Source of the DNA: Octopus bimaculoides
Lineage: Eukaryota
Reading direction: 5' to 3'
Length of the DNA: 64,000 nt
Assembly: GCF_001194135.2 (NCBI RefSeq)
Contig: NC_068992.1
Location: forward strand, 5,830,547-5,894,546
The notes under the pieces are model-generated. The model was not told the DNA's origin, ran no database searches, and worked only from the letters and a program-made list of their open reading frames with translations. Below, piece after piece: positions 52,151 to 64,000 of this stretch. Numbering within the stretch: the first letter of the stretch is position 1; every line of letters begins with the position of its first letter. The position numbers were made by a program, and so were the translations under genes.

Positions 52151-54236
52151 GCGAGGACTAACACATGATAAATATATTTATGGTAGGAATGGTGCCAACC
52201 GATAGGCACGGTTCTGGTAGTGACCTGATGAATGTAAGATGAACAGATAGTCAGGACGATTGACCATCGTGGGGAAGATAAGTAAAAATCCGATTTTATG
52301 TCACCGATTGTCTTCTTCTTCTTCTTCTTCTTCTTCTTCTTCTTCTTCTTCTTCTTGCAAAAAAAGGACCCCCAAAGAGCCTTGGAAGCTGTGAAGAAAA
52401 CCGCTATGAATACATCGACTCTTAACATGATATTTTTATTTTCCTACATTTATACATTATTTATGGTTTCTAAGAAAAGCATTAGAAGTATATTGTTGCT
52501 GGAATAAATTGTATTACACCTGAACGATATTTCGATTTCTCCACTCCGGAATGACGACATTTAAATCTCACAACAGCGTGATTTGAACAAAAAGCATGGA
52601 AAATCCGAAATAAATAGTAGAAAACTATGTTTAAACTGTTTACTTGATTATCGATCCATTAATTATTCTTTCAATCAAAAGTCCTATGTGGGTTTGTAAC
52701 ATAGGCCCAAAGCCTGATATTTGTGTTAGTAGGTTAATGGAACCAAGTGCTAGTTTGGCATTTTATCAACAGAATTCTGCAGCATTTTCAACGTACTTTA
52801 CAAATAATGCTATGTGTTTATTCCAATTACTCTGGGAAATCTTGCGCTCCAACATAAATAACGCACAGACACTAAGAATGTCTTAAGTATATTCTTCTGA
52901 ACTTGTTTCACGTTGTGTAAACTGCATATTGCAGCTGTGTAGATGGAAAAAGACATCATGTTTAACTCGCAAAGAATGAAAATAGGTATTGTACTCATGA
53001 TAGTTTAATAGTGCAATATGTAACGTTTTTTATCATATATTTTCCCCCCAACGCAAATCACTGAAATTATCATACAATTGCGACCAGTGATGTTTCCATG
53101 AATATAGCAATACATGTTTACATATTGCCGTACCGCTTAATCTAATCCTCTCAACAACGGAAAAAAGTGCAACTTACTTATATCCATCTAGTACAGTATA
53201 TTGTCTATTCTTATTTTAAAAATTGTGAAGAAATTAATTTTGAACATGTTAATGTGACGACGTCCAAGAGTAATTCTAGAGATTTATGGGAAAGATAGGA
53301 ACTCAAACGAAGTGGATGAGTAGGAATAAGAAAGGCCATCTATAGAGGAAGTACATAGGCTATAGTTACCCACAGAAGACTGTTGTTGAAGACCACCTGA
53401 AACTAGTGTAAGACCCACTTAAAAATTTTATGTAAATTCGTTAAACGATTTCAAGATATTTTTGCACAATCATTGGAAAATTTAGAACACTCCTATCAAA
53501 CAACTTCTTTGGAAAAATAAAACATAAGGTGGAATCTAAAATCTACAGATACTATACCAACATTCACCGAAATATCGCTAAGTAAGCCATATAATGTTCC
53601 ACGTACAAATAATAGCAACGTGTACCATTTTAAAAATAGATCTATTAGAATTCTTCGCATTAAAGGTCACAAAAGTAATTTTCTTGCCAGATACAAATGC
53701 GGATTAATATATTCGGAAAAATTTAGATAAATGCAGTATGAATACTTTAGATTGCATCGTCTTCAACGTTAAACAGGTACCTCCTTTTTTCTTATGGAAT
53801 AATAGTTCGCCTCTCAAGTAATTCAATAATGGAGATAAGCGCCTTTGTCGATTTATGAATTTCAATATAGTAAAAATATATCAGTGTATAATTTAAAAGG
53901 AATAAAGAAAACACTTCGTTTATAATCTTTAGTATCGGTTAAAGGTTTCATTCCCAATGGTGATTTATACATTGATATTACTAAGAACGCTAGTTTCAAC
54001 TTTGACATTATATTAAAGCTGTATGGATTACACGTTGTTGTTCTCAAAAAATATGATTCAAAGATTGCCGTAGATACGGATGTAAGCATAGTTAATTACT
54101 TTCATTAAATGTTGCATGGGGAATTGTAGTATTTAGAGATAATTTCAAACTTCGTTCATTATACAGAATGCGATGGGTAAATTTTAATTTCGCGCATGCG
54201 CATTATTTTTGTTTTCGTTTTGTCGGTTACACAATA

Positions 54237-55039
54237 TAGGTGGGTCAGTTGGGAACCGTCTGTGAGAAAAACAGCACCATGACGCGATTTAATGTGCCAG
54301 AAATTTGGGAACGACATGCTGTATTGATTGGCATTCGCACTGGAAGTTCCAGTACAAACAGATTGTGAATATACAGAACAACCATTGGCTTACTGTTTCC
54401 CGTAAACATGTAGCGAGTGTGATAGAAATTAAACATCTAGTCAATATCGCGATGTTTAGAGTGATCACTAGTGATGGTGACGTTATACCTCTATTCATCA
54501 TCTCACGCGGCCTTAAACTAAACACGGAGGCCTACACCAAGTGCCTGAAGGAGGTAGTGCTGCCCTGGGTCAAGCGGGTGGCTGCTAGAAGAGGAAGAAC
54601 CTGTGTCTGGCGACAGAACACTGCACCGGGCCACACAAGCAGGATAACCCAATCATGACAGTGTGACAATTTCTGCGACCACATCACCCCTAACATCTGA
54701 CCACCCAACTCCCCAGGTTGCAACTTTCTTGATTATTATTTGTAGGACACAGTTGAGTGAGAGACCAACAAAACTCCTTGTGAATCCAAAGTTGAACTAA
54801 AGGCAAGGATTATGGCAGCATTCACCAACTTAAACAAGGAGATCGTTCATAAGATTTGCAGGAGGTTCAGGAGTGATCTGGAGGCTGTGGTTGAAGCCAT
54901 TGGCAATTTAATTGAATAAATTTACTCTTTATTTCAAAATATTTTTATGTCATTTTGGTAAACATATCTCTTAAAATGAGATATCAGTATTATTCGCATT
55001 CTTGCGCAATTTAAACGACAGTTTACTCACCGCACCCTG
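54237..55039 (+). mobile_element. Internally deleted maT/DD37D (Bmmar1-like) Tc1/mariner transposon
   Basis: Right end ...caccgcaccctg|TA and decayed left end TA|taggtgggtcagt. ATG 54279 gives MTRFNVPEIWERHAVLIGIRTGS, joined to the catalytic region QNNHWL...VITSDGDVIPLF...GLKLNTEAYTKCLKEVVLPWV...CVWRQNTAPGHTSRITQ...DHITPNI*PPNSPGCNFLDYYL...RFRSDLEAVVEAIGNLIE* (stop 54917-54919). The NPLDY-type last motif indicates DD37D. Confidence 0.9.
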
Positions 55040-55151
55040 TAAATGCTATGTCGTAAATAGTTTAATGTCGTGCGATGGTTTTAAGATATGAAAAATGAAA
55101 TTGTGTGNNNNNNNNNNNNNNNNNNNNNNNNNNNNNNNNNNNNNNNNNNNN

Positions 55152-55196
<45 letters not shown>

Positions 55197-55689
55197 AAGG
55201 ATATGCTGCTGTTGATCAGTAGATTATATCGTCCATTTGCTTTTTATTTTATAAACAGTAATATTTCACCTATAGATCAATCACTCTGAATCACATGCAG
55301 AGTGCAATAATGGGAGAAGCATAGGATCGGTCCGTGTAATCTGTAGACAAGTAGGCACTGAACAGGCTAAAATTCAAAACTATGCACAGCATGCAGAACT
55401 AATTTCTTTCTCAGAAAATTTTATGCATATTTATCCTTATAAGGGATCCCTCTGTACCACATATATACTCGTGTTGGCGAGAGTGGCAATCACAATGGAA
55501 TGGAAATTACGGATCTCACAAGAGATTTGTCACATTGATGTAACTATTCTCAAATTATCTACCTTCCAAAAAATGCAGGAAGTTTCTAATACATAGTTCC
55601 TTACATTTTGTGGACATTGGATTATTGGAGAACAAATTAGACTTTGGTAACTAAAAGATTCAGTACTCTAATGGATATTATTCAAGAAA

Positions 55690-55930
55690 ACCTAAAAAAA
55701 AAGTCAAAATACTTTTGGTTGGAGTTCCTCCTATCTTATATCTGTCCAATTAGGATTAATTTGGAGCTACCTCAAAGTAAATGCCATTCACATTAAAAAT
55801 TCATTTTGATACAAAGAAAAAGAAATCTACAATATGGTTGGGCTGATTCATTACTTAATGTAGAAAGATCGTGGCACAATGAAATCTATGAAGATATTTC
55901 GATTGTCGTCTCCCCTGGGGACAGACTAAC
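55690..55930 (+). mobile_element. Possible decayed Tc1-like transposase C-terminus
   Basis: WSSSYL...LIWSYLK and LLNVERSWHNEIYEDISIVVS...DRL resemble WP..SPDLNPIEN.WSYLK and ...W.NEI...CQKLV.SMP.RL. Confidence 0.45.
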
Positions 55931-56927
55931 TTCTCAGTATCACTTGTTAATTTCTACAGCCATTTGTTTTTCCACCGTTTGTCATATTTCTGTACTAATT
56001 TGACAAAACACAGAAAAAAACTTAAAAGCGCTGGTCTTATTTCGCTTGGTAAGCCATAAAAGTATCACAGATTTATGAGAAAATTTCCTCTTGTGCTGTT
56101 TGTTTCGTATTTATTTTTTAGCTTTTTTGTAAATTTAAAAGCAACGCTGACAAAGAAGAAAAAAAAGCGATTAAATTGATCCTTGAACCTTTAATTAAGC
56201 AAGAACTTGAAAAAGATGGGATATTAATAGAACAAAATTTATTTCGGTTTTACATTTTTATAACAACAAAAAAAAGAACGATAACTGTAAGTTATGGACT
56301 TAAGTGAAAGAAAACAGCCGCTAGCAATGGAAATTAAGAGGAAGGAAACCTTGCTTCATGATAAAAATTCCTATGGTTTGCTTTTAAATTTCTCCTTTTC
56401 TATCTCAATTTGATTGAATTATTTGCAGTTCATTTACTTTTGATCTGTTATTTTTTCTCTGTATTTCTTTATTTTGATGCTTGTGTTTTATTTGTGATTG
56501 TGATTTTCTTTTTTGCAGAGATACTTGCTCATAGATTTCAACCCTTGACTAGAATTCTAAATGGGCAAGCGAAAGGATAGAAGACAAATTCTTTATTAGC
56601 ATTCTCTGAAGAAATCTGCTTCGAAATGATTCAATTAAAATAACGAGAATTTATTTTGCTTCTTTATTTGAAGAGTTGTATATGTTAACCTGCTTCTATA
56701 TGTTTCTTTTTTAATGTAAATGAAGGGGAAACGTCATCAGTTGATAACTTGGAAGAATACAACGTAAAGAATTTCATTTGGGATTGTTTCTTCTTTCCTG
56801 CAAAATACATTGTATATGCAACCTAGAAAGATAAGTATGTGCATATATTTATTTATACTCTATATACATATACGTGAACACATATATCCATATCTCCTAC
56901 CTCTCTGTTGCGCGCACACACACAGGT

Positions 56928-56976
<49 letters not shown>

Positions 56977-57239
56977 GAGGTTTGGAGGTGATGTACAGGA
57001 ATTATATATTAGAAAGAAAAAAAGCAACTCAGATATATGGATGGTTGTAATTTACAGATTTTTATAAATATGTCACATGTTTTATAAATATTAGCGCGTG
57101 GACATATTCTTGTAGGTTCTTCAGATAAGATTTCACTTCAGAGGATTTGTCTCTTTTTATAGTATTATTGAATGTTTAGGGATGGAGAGAGATATATAGG
57201 ATAGTAAAAGAGAGTGAGGAATGAGGGAAAGTGAGAGAG

Positions 57240-57700
57240 AGCGTGTGTGTATGAGTGTTTTGTGTTAGTGTGTGTGTGTGTGTGAGTCCGTGCGTGTGTG
57301 TGTGTGTGCCTGTGTATCTGAAAGGACTGTCAATGGGAAGGAGAAGGAAAGATGAAAGAAGAAAGAACAAAATTGTGTTTACAGTTGGTCAGTTCTTCCA
57401 ATGACAGGTTTATTCTTGGTCTTTAAAAATGGCAAACCAGGTGGCTATTTAAGGTGGGTCATCGTTTGGAAGACAGTTGTTTTTCAAAGAGTTGCCATCA
57501 TTGTCCAGTGGGAGAGAGTGTGGGTGTGTTTGTGTGTGTGTGTGTGCATGTGTGTGTGCGCGCGCGCGTGTGCCTGTTTATCTGAATGGAATGTCAATTG
57601 AAAAGAGAAGGAAAGAAAGAAGGAAGAAACGAAGAAGAAGGAATTGTGTTTGCATCTGTACAGCTGGTTAGCAACTAACGATGAGAGGACGCTTGTGTTG
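57240..57700 (+). repeat. Diverged tandem duplication, ~265-bp period
   Basis: (GT)n-gcctgtgtatctgaaaggactgtcaatgggaaggagaaggaaaga...aattgtgttt (57308) versus (GT)n-gcctgtttatctgaatggaatgtcaattgaaaagagaaggaaaga...aattgtgttt (57572). Confidence 0.7.
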
Positions 57701-57865
57701 TCTTGACAGTGGGTTGTGCTCTGTGAGTGCTCATGTTTTATAATGTCTCTAATTATCATTTCGAGAAAATAAATATCTTAGCAAATATAGTTATAGTTTT
57801 TGTAAATTTCTAAACATTCGTAAAAAATATATTTCTTCTCAAATTCAAACATGCAGTAAAAGCTC

Positions 57866-58831
57866 NNNNNNNNNNNNNNNNNNNNNNNNNNNNNNNNNNN
57901 NNNNNNNNNNNNNNNNNNNNNNNNNNNNNNNNNNNNNNNNNNNNNNNNNNNNNNNNNNNNNNNNNNNNNNNNNNNNNNNNNNNNNNNNNNNNNNNNNNNN
58001 NNNNNNNNNNNNNNNNNNNNNNNNNNNNNNNNNNNNNNNNNNNNNNNNNNNNNNNNNNNNNNNNNNNNNNNNNNNNNNNNNNNNNNNNNNNNNNNNNNNN
58101 NNNNNNNNNNNNNNNNNNNNNNNNNNNNNNNNNNNNNNNNNNNNNNNNNNNNNNNNNNNNNNNNNNNNNNNNNNNNNNNNNNNNNNNNNNNNNNNNNNNN
58201 NNNNNNNNNNNNNNNNNNNNNNNNNNNNNNNNNNNNNNNNNNNNNNNNNNNNNNNNNNNNNNNNNNNNNNNNNNNNNNNNNNNNNNNNNNNNNNNNNNNN
58301 NNNNNNNNNNNNNNNNNNNNNNNNNNNNNNNNNNNNNNNNNNNNNNNNNNNNNNNNNNNNNNNNNNNNNNNNNNNNNNNNNNNNNNNNNNNNNNNNNNNN
58401 NNNNNNNNNNNNNNNNNNNNNNNNNNNNNNNNNNNNNNNNNNNNNNNNNNNNNNNNNNNNNNNNNNNNNNNNNNNNNNNNNNNNNNNNNNNNNNNNNNNN
58501 NNNNNNNNNNNNNNNNNNNNNNNNNNNNNNNNNNNNNNNNNNNNNNNNNNNNNNNNNNNNNNNNNNNNNNNNNNNNNNNNNNNNNNNNNNNNNNNNNNNN
58601 NNNNNNNNNNNNNNNNNNNNNNNNNNNNNNNNNNNNNNNNNNNNNNNNNNNNNNNNNNNNNNNNNNNNNNNNNNNNNNNNNNNNNNNNNNNNNNNNNNNN
58701 NNNNNNNNNNNNNNNNNNNNNNNNNNNNNNNNNNNNNNNNNNNNNNNNNNNNNNNNNNNNNNNNNNNNNNNNNNNNNNNNNNNNNNNNNNNNNNNNNNNN
58801 NNNNNNNNNNNNNNNNNNNNNNNNNNNNNNN
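57866..58831. other. Largest assembly gap (N-run)
   Basis: Other gaps: 2959-3065, 3733-3850, 15075-15107, 26966-27215, 27718-28019, 30232-30651, 35020-35141, 38381-38390, 47766-48358, 55108-55151, 60133-60142. Most abut (TA)n or (TG)n runs. Confidence 0.99.
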
Positions 58832-60630
58832 NTATATATATATATATATATTTCGAATTAACACCAATATTTATATAAATCAATATACAATTATTAAAAT
58901 TATATTTAAAAACTTCCATTTCGCTGTCCTCTTATTACAAACCAACACATTTTGCTTTCATTGCTGTTGGACATCACAGGAATAATCCTAAACAAACAAG
59001 AATATTCCAAAACATAACAAACTCGTGTCTATCACATCATTTTGACAGAAACAGTAAACGCAATTTTTTATTCACGCATATTGTTGTCTGAGATACGAGA
59101 AGGATTCACTAGGAATGGCAATGTTTGAAAATATTGGTTAAAAAAGAACGAGAATTTTGGCTACAGTTTCTATCTAAATATTCCTGTACAATACGAAGAT
59201 ACCCGAGATAATTGTTGCCATATGAGGTTGATTTGAAATTGACTTAAGGGTGAATATCTACGTTAACATCTTATCTTCAAAATAGACAAAGTAAGATTTT
59301 TTTTGATCGATTAGGTAAAGCTTCTCTGAGGTTTTTATTCATCGTTTCTCCATAAACGTAAGAAAACCTATTCGGTCTGGCTTCATATCCTCTAGAAGAC
59401 AACCTTAGTCCAAATGACCTGAACGTTGAAGGGGGCATTTTAAAGGAATTTATTTGATTTAACATTTTAATATATACTTAATGTCCTTAAAGAAGCGTTG
59501 AAATGTAACATATATTAACTTTTTAAAAGAAGGTATTCAGCTTATTTATCCTGCAAGAAAGAGATATCTGAAATAAGGATAAAAGTGATACATTGTAACC
59601 TAAGCAGCGTAACCTTATAAAACGCCTGCTCCTCTCTTTACTTTTCGCCACTAACCGAAGTGACAGTGATTCAGGCACCGCTCTGTGTAGCTGAAGCGGT
59701 ATAAATCTTTGCAGACGCTCATTTTCCAAAATTATGACTATTAGTTATACTGCCATATTCTATTAAATTATGCCAAATAATAGTAATACTAATTGTCAAA
59801 GTCGGGCATAATGGTAAAATGCAATGATCGATTTTGTGGAGAAACTGAACGTGATAGAAAAGTTTTTCTGCAGATGTTTGAACCAACAGGTAAAAGGTGA
59901 TCAATTTAACATAATAAATGTTAAACAATTTGTTGGCTGCACACCTGAGTAATGAATCATTCCTGCTGAGAGAGTATTTAGTAGAAAGAAAGATTTTAAA
60001 GAAATGTTCTTATTTAGATTGAACTATCGTCTTCGTCATTTTCACGCAGAAGCTCTCAGCTACATTAAAAAGAATGTAAAAGAGGGAATATTTCGATTGT
60101 TATCACCCATGCTCATAACGTTTCGTAATCCTNNNNNNNNNNGGGGTTGTGGTGGTGGTGGCGATGATGATGGTGGTTGTGGGGAAGTTGGGGGACAGTT
60201 GTGATAGTGCTACTGCTGATGGTGACGATGGTGGTGGCTGTGATGGATTTAGTGGTGGTGGTCATGCTACTCTTGTTAGTGGAAGTGTCAAAGATAGTGA
60301 CAGACATGTCTCCAATATCACTTAGCAGATTTATAAATAAAAATCGATAAAATGAATAAACGATAAAAAAATTTGGAGTTGATATCATCTACTACTTATG
60401 TGTGTGTTTGTGTATATATATATATATATGCACACATAAGCATATATATATTTATACACATATTTTGAAAATATATATACATACATACATATACATATAT
60501 ATACAGATATAGGGTAGAAATTAATAATTAATTGATAATTAGTAATTTTACCAAGTAGTTCGGTGTGTTAGAAACCATTATCGGTAAATATATAAACACA
60601 ATTTAAAATTTAGGGTTCAGCAAGTATTGT

Positions 60631-60722
<92 letters not shown>

Positions 60723-60723
<1 letters not shown>

Positions 60724-60900
60724 TGAGTGGTTGGAGTTAGGAAGGGCATCAAGCTGTAAAAAGCCTGCTAAAACAGTTACAGAAGTTTGGTGCAGGGTTC
60801 TGTCTGGCCGGCTCCTGTCAAACCATCCCACCCATGTTACCATGGAAGGCAGACGTTAAACAATGATGATGATGATGATGATGATGATGATAATAATGAT
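60723..60900 (+). mobile_element. SINE family 4, 3' part with (GAT)n tail
   Basis: aggaagggcatcaagctgtaaaa...tcaaaccatcccacccatg...catggaaggcagacgttaaac followed by (GAT)n. Confidence 0.75.
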
Positions 60901-61039
60901 ACTCAATATTATTAAAATTAATATTAATATCTACAAAAATCTATGTCAGCACAACATTATCAAGGTAATCCAAGGTGCTCCAGCATGGCCACAATCTAAT
61001 CACTGAAACAAGTAAAAGATACATATATTTAGGCGCAGT

Positions 61040-61190
61040 CGTCCAACCCATGCTAGCATGGAAAGCGGACGTTAAACGATGATGATGACGACGAAGATGT
61101 CGACAACGATGACGACGATGACAACGATGATGATGAAGACGACTACGATGACGATTATGATAATGATGATAGTGATAATGGTGTAGATGG
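61040..61190 (+). mobile_element. SINE family 4 terminal fragment with degenerate (GAT/GAC)n tail
   Basis: cgtccaacccatgctagcatggaaagcggacgttaaacgatgatgatgacg aligns with the 3' end of the 60723 copy. Confidence 0.75.
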
Positions 61191-62654
61191 TAGGTATGCT
61201 AATGGAATCTACAAAAATGTTGCTGGTGTGTATCCATGTATATGGCTCGTAATATAATCCAAAATTGAAAATCTTGTTAACTCGAGAGATTGTTAGAATC
61301 TTTTTGCCTATTCTCATAGCTCCTCCTCTCTGCAACACTGCGACTACAACTAACACGCTTTTGTATGTCATAATGCTGCACTCATACTGGCAGACCATAC
61401 GTGCACTCGATGAATTCTTCCCCTGCTGCTCTCTATTCTAGATTACACTGTTTTGTACAGGTCTTTCTATATATCTCACCATAATACATAACAATTAATA
61501 ATTCACCACTACTGCACCCAACACATATATCACTCAGTATCATATTTCAATTATGATAATTAGCACAATGAAAATAATGCTTGCTGATCAGAATTACGAG
61601 AGAAGAGCAATTATAAAATATAGGCCAACATCTTTAGCATACCTATTCTTTTTTCATTAGTATACTCTACCATTTATTACGATATCGATTGCAATGTACA
61701 ATTAGAATTTATTTATATCATTAATTCTGTGTAATTTCTTTTCATCATTTGTATTATTTCTCCATTCTTTTTTTTTCCTTCTTTGACATTTAGAATCAAT
61801 ATTTTCATAATTTTAAAAAAGTAGTTAGTTCACATTGTTTTGCGATTCATACATAATTTAAAGGTCTAGTATTCTGAATAGAATACTTTATTCTTTTATT
61901 ACAGAACTATGTAATCTTTTAATTTATATAATTAAGAGAATGAAATGTGATTATTGCATGAATATCGATATTACTGTAAAACCTGATGATGGTGTTAAAC
62001 TGATAATGATATTAAATATGATAGTTGTATAAAACTTATAACAGTCTTTAGAGAAAAAAAACAAAGATTTGAAAAAAAAATATTGAGAATTCTGGAATAA
62101 TTCCAAATATTGTGAAAATTAATGCTTGGCTTATTTCAGCTGTATTCAGGAAGCCCGAAGTCAACAATAATTGCCATTAGATTCAGGAATACAGTTCTTT
62201 AAGAAAATATTGAAATAAACATTAACCGAATAAAAAAACGAACGAAATTCCGTTTTAGCACTAATCAACCATTTCATTCATGTTTCTTTCTTAAGCAATT
62301 GATCAATTGTATTAAATTGCCTTAAAATAGAACCTTTGTTGAAATTTCTTCAAAATCCATAGACATAATTGGAATCAGATATCTAAATAAATGTAAGTTA
62401 ATTTAAAATTTACACTTTGCCTCGCATGTCAATAATTATAATTTCAACTTTTTTAAAATCATTAAGAATTATTGCAAAACTTAATCACGAACACTTGTTT
62501 GTTTTTTTCAAATATTAAAAAAAAAAACATAAAGTGTAAACATCTTTTTTCCCAGAATTCCTGAAAGGGCCGTGGAGGTAGAGTTCCCTGATGTCATTAC
62601 CATACAGTTGTATCAGAATCAATTAACATTAAATTTACAAGCTACATTCCTAAG

Positions 62655-62920
62655 AGTTACGAACTGAAAATACGAATATTAGTCACCCTTCCTGTTAATG
62701 GTCTACCACTATTTCGCTCACCGGTTAGTTCAACTACACTTATCTGTCTTCTGATTCTTTTATACGAAATCCTAATCATATATCCGTAATACCGGAGTAG
62801 TGATTTCTCAATGTAAAAAAGGAATGTCACTATAGACACATGCCGGTCTCCGAGCTACGCGCCCCGATAAATAACGTTACTCCTGAGGTTTTCGCCCCTT
62901 TTATTTGCAATCATACACTT
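62655..62920 (-). mobile_element. RTE-clade LINE ORF C-terminal fragment
   Basis: GVTLFIGARSSET-(frameshift)-IEKSLLRYYGYMIRISYKRIRRQISVVELTGERNSGRP matches RTE GVTL.DR.RSS.IR...IE.S.LRW.GH..RM...R..RQ......G.R.RGRP. Confidence 0.7.
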
Positions 62921-63360
62921 TTGGTTATTAAGCATACTCAAGGGTAAACGTAGTTACAGAAATAGCCTAACACATGCAAGTACTCAGTTCTATTGACCAA
63001 AGCGCTTGATTTTTAGAAACCTGAAAATGAGGAGGGTATTGGTGAACGTGACTGGATTCGTAGTGTTAAAACAATGAGCCTGAAAATAGATTACAAGGTA
63101 ATTTTAGACGTTCTACTATTTCCGACAGATCGTAGGGCGTTAGCTATACAAGAATAATGCTTTCTGATTAAATCAAATGGTCATGGATTTGTAGTGGGGT
63201 GGACTAGTCAATATCGTCGCCTCCAGTATTCTAAGTGGCGGCTACATCATTTTAAGGATCTGAAATCATAAAAATTCGACTTCGTTAGAGTTCGAACTCC
63301 GGAGGAAGTAGACAGAAAATATAGAAGAAGACATTGTTTTTCGAAGATAAAATATGTATT

Positions 63361-63545
63361 AATAATTCTTTCTAGCTTAAGGCCTGTCATTTCAGGGAGA
63401 CTACAAGTACTAAAACATGTACACCACACCATTTATCTCTCCCGAAATGCTGATTGCTAAAGATGACGTCGGCGGAATTTGAACGCAGAACGTACGACAG
63501 AAGAAATGCCGCTAAGCATTTTGTGCTGGGTGCTAAAGAGTCTAT
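63361..63545 (-). mobile_element. SINE family 1
   Basis: ggcggaatttgaacgcagaacgtacgacagaagaaatgccgctaagcattttgtgctgggtgctaaag is the reverse complement of the head and body. Confidence 0.75.
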
Positions 63546-63696
63546 TTTCTCCCGTGTGCAGAACATTCGCCACAGTAATGGGTTTTGATAATGATTGTAA
63601 AAGAAAAATAGGATACTTGCAATAATGAGAATTTTCTTTTCTTGAAATTAGCTAGAGTTTCTAAGGAGTTTTCAATATTGGTTTATTTGAGAAAAT

Positions 63697-63920
63697 GGAG
63701 GCGCATGGCTTAGGGATTAGGACGTACGATTTATGATAATATGATTTGGTTTTGGTTCCTGAAACAGGCGACGTGTTGTGTTATTGAGCATAACACTTCG
63801 TTTCACGTTGCTTCAGTTTGCTCAGATGGTGAAAATGAGTAATCGAGCAACGGACTGGCGTCACGTCCATGTTACGAATATATACGCCATAGAAACCGGG
63901 AAATCGACCCCCATCAGTCA
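63697..63920 (+). mobile_element. SINE family 3, near full length
   Basis: ggaggcgcatggcttagggattagg (box A-like)...ttggttcctg (box B-like), CORE-like tgttgtgttattgagcataacacttcgtttcacgttgcttcagt, tail atacgccatagaaaccgggaa. Confidence 0.8.
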
Positions 63921-64000
63921 AAATGAATCCGGAAGGAACTTTATATTTTCTTTTTCTTAACATTTTTACAAAAGTCATTTAGTGCTTTACGAAGCTCCAA

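Noticed and set aside
52220-52270. CTGATGA as another hammerhead (also 61983)
   Set aside because: No stem II or GAAA follows and no stem I pairing.

Overview
AT-rich eukaryotic genomic DNA from a fragmented scaffold assembly: 12 N-gaps, most flanked by microsatellites. The repeat families and microsatellite load are most consistent with an octopus or other coleoid cephalopod (inference from recalled repeat consensus, not a database search). I find no confidently identifiable host protein-coding gene, rRNA, true tRNA or CRISPR array, so the window looks intergenic or intronic. Most computed ORFs are translated microsatellites or run through N-gaps. The window contains: (i) copies of five SINE-like families; (ii) decayed fragments of R4/Dong-like REL LINEs at three loci, RTE LINEs, a Ty3/Gypsy integrase with LTR-like pieces, Tc1/mariner and maT (DD37D) transposons, and Helitron helicase and non-autonomous ends; (iii) dense simple repeats. 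The most interesting signal is a tRNA-headed SINE-like element present in three copies (7.5-7.9 kb and 42.5-43.0 kb). Its 3' part is a minimal type I hammerhead ribozyme of the Penelope-like-element (PLE) kind, with majority consensus GACAC-CUGAUGA-A-GGCUG(loop)CAGCC-GAAA-CGUU/GUGUU. At both loci the element is joined head-to-head to an inverted piece of itself, a structure typical of PLE insertions. This suggests a Pol III, ribozyme-processed, PLE-mobilised retroelement. All protein-family assignments are by-eye motif recognition, and many boundaries are approximate.
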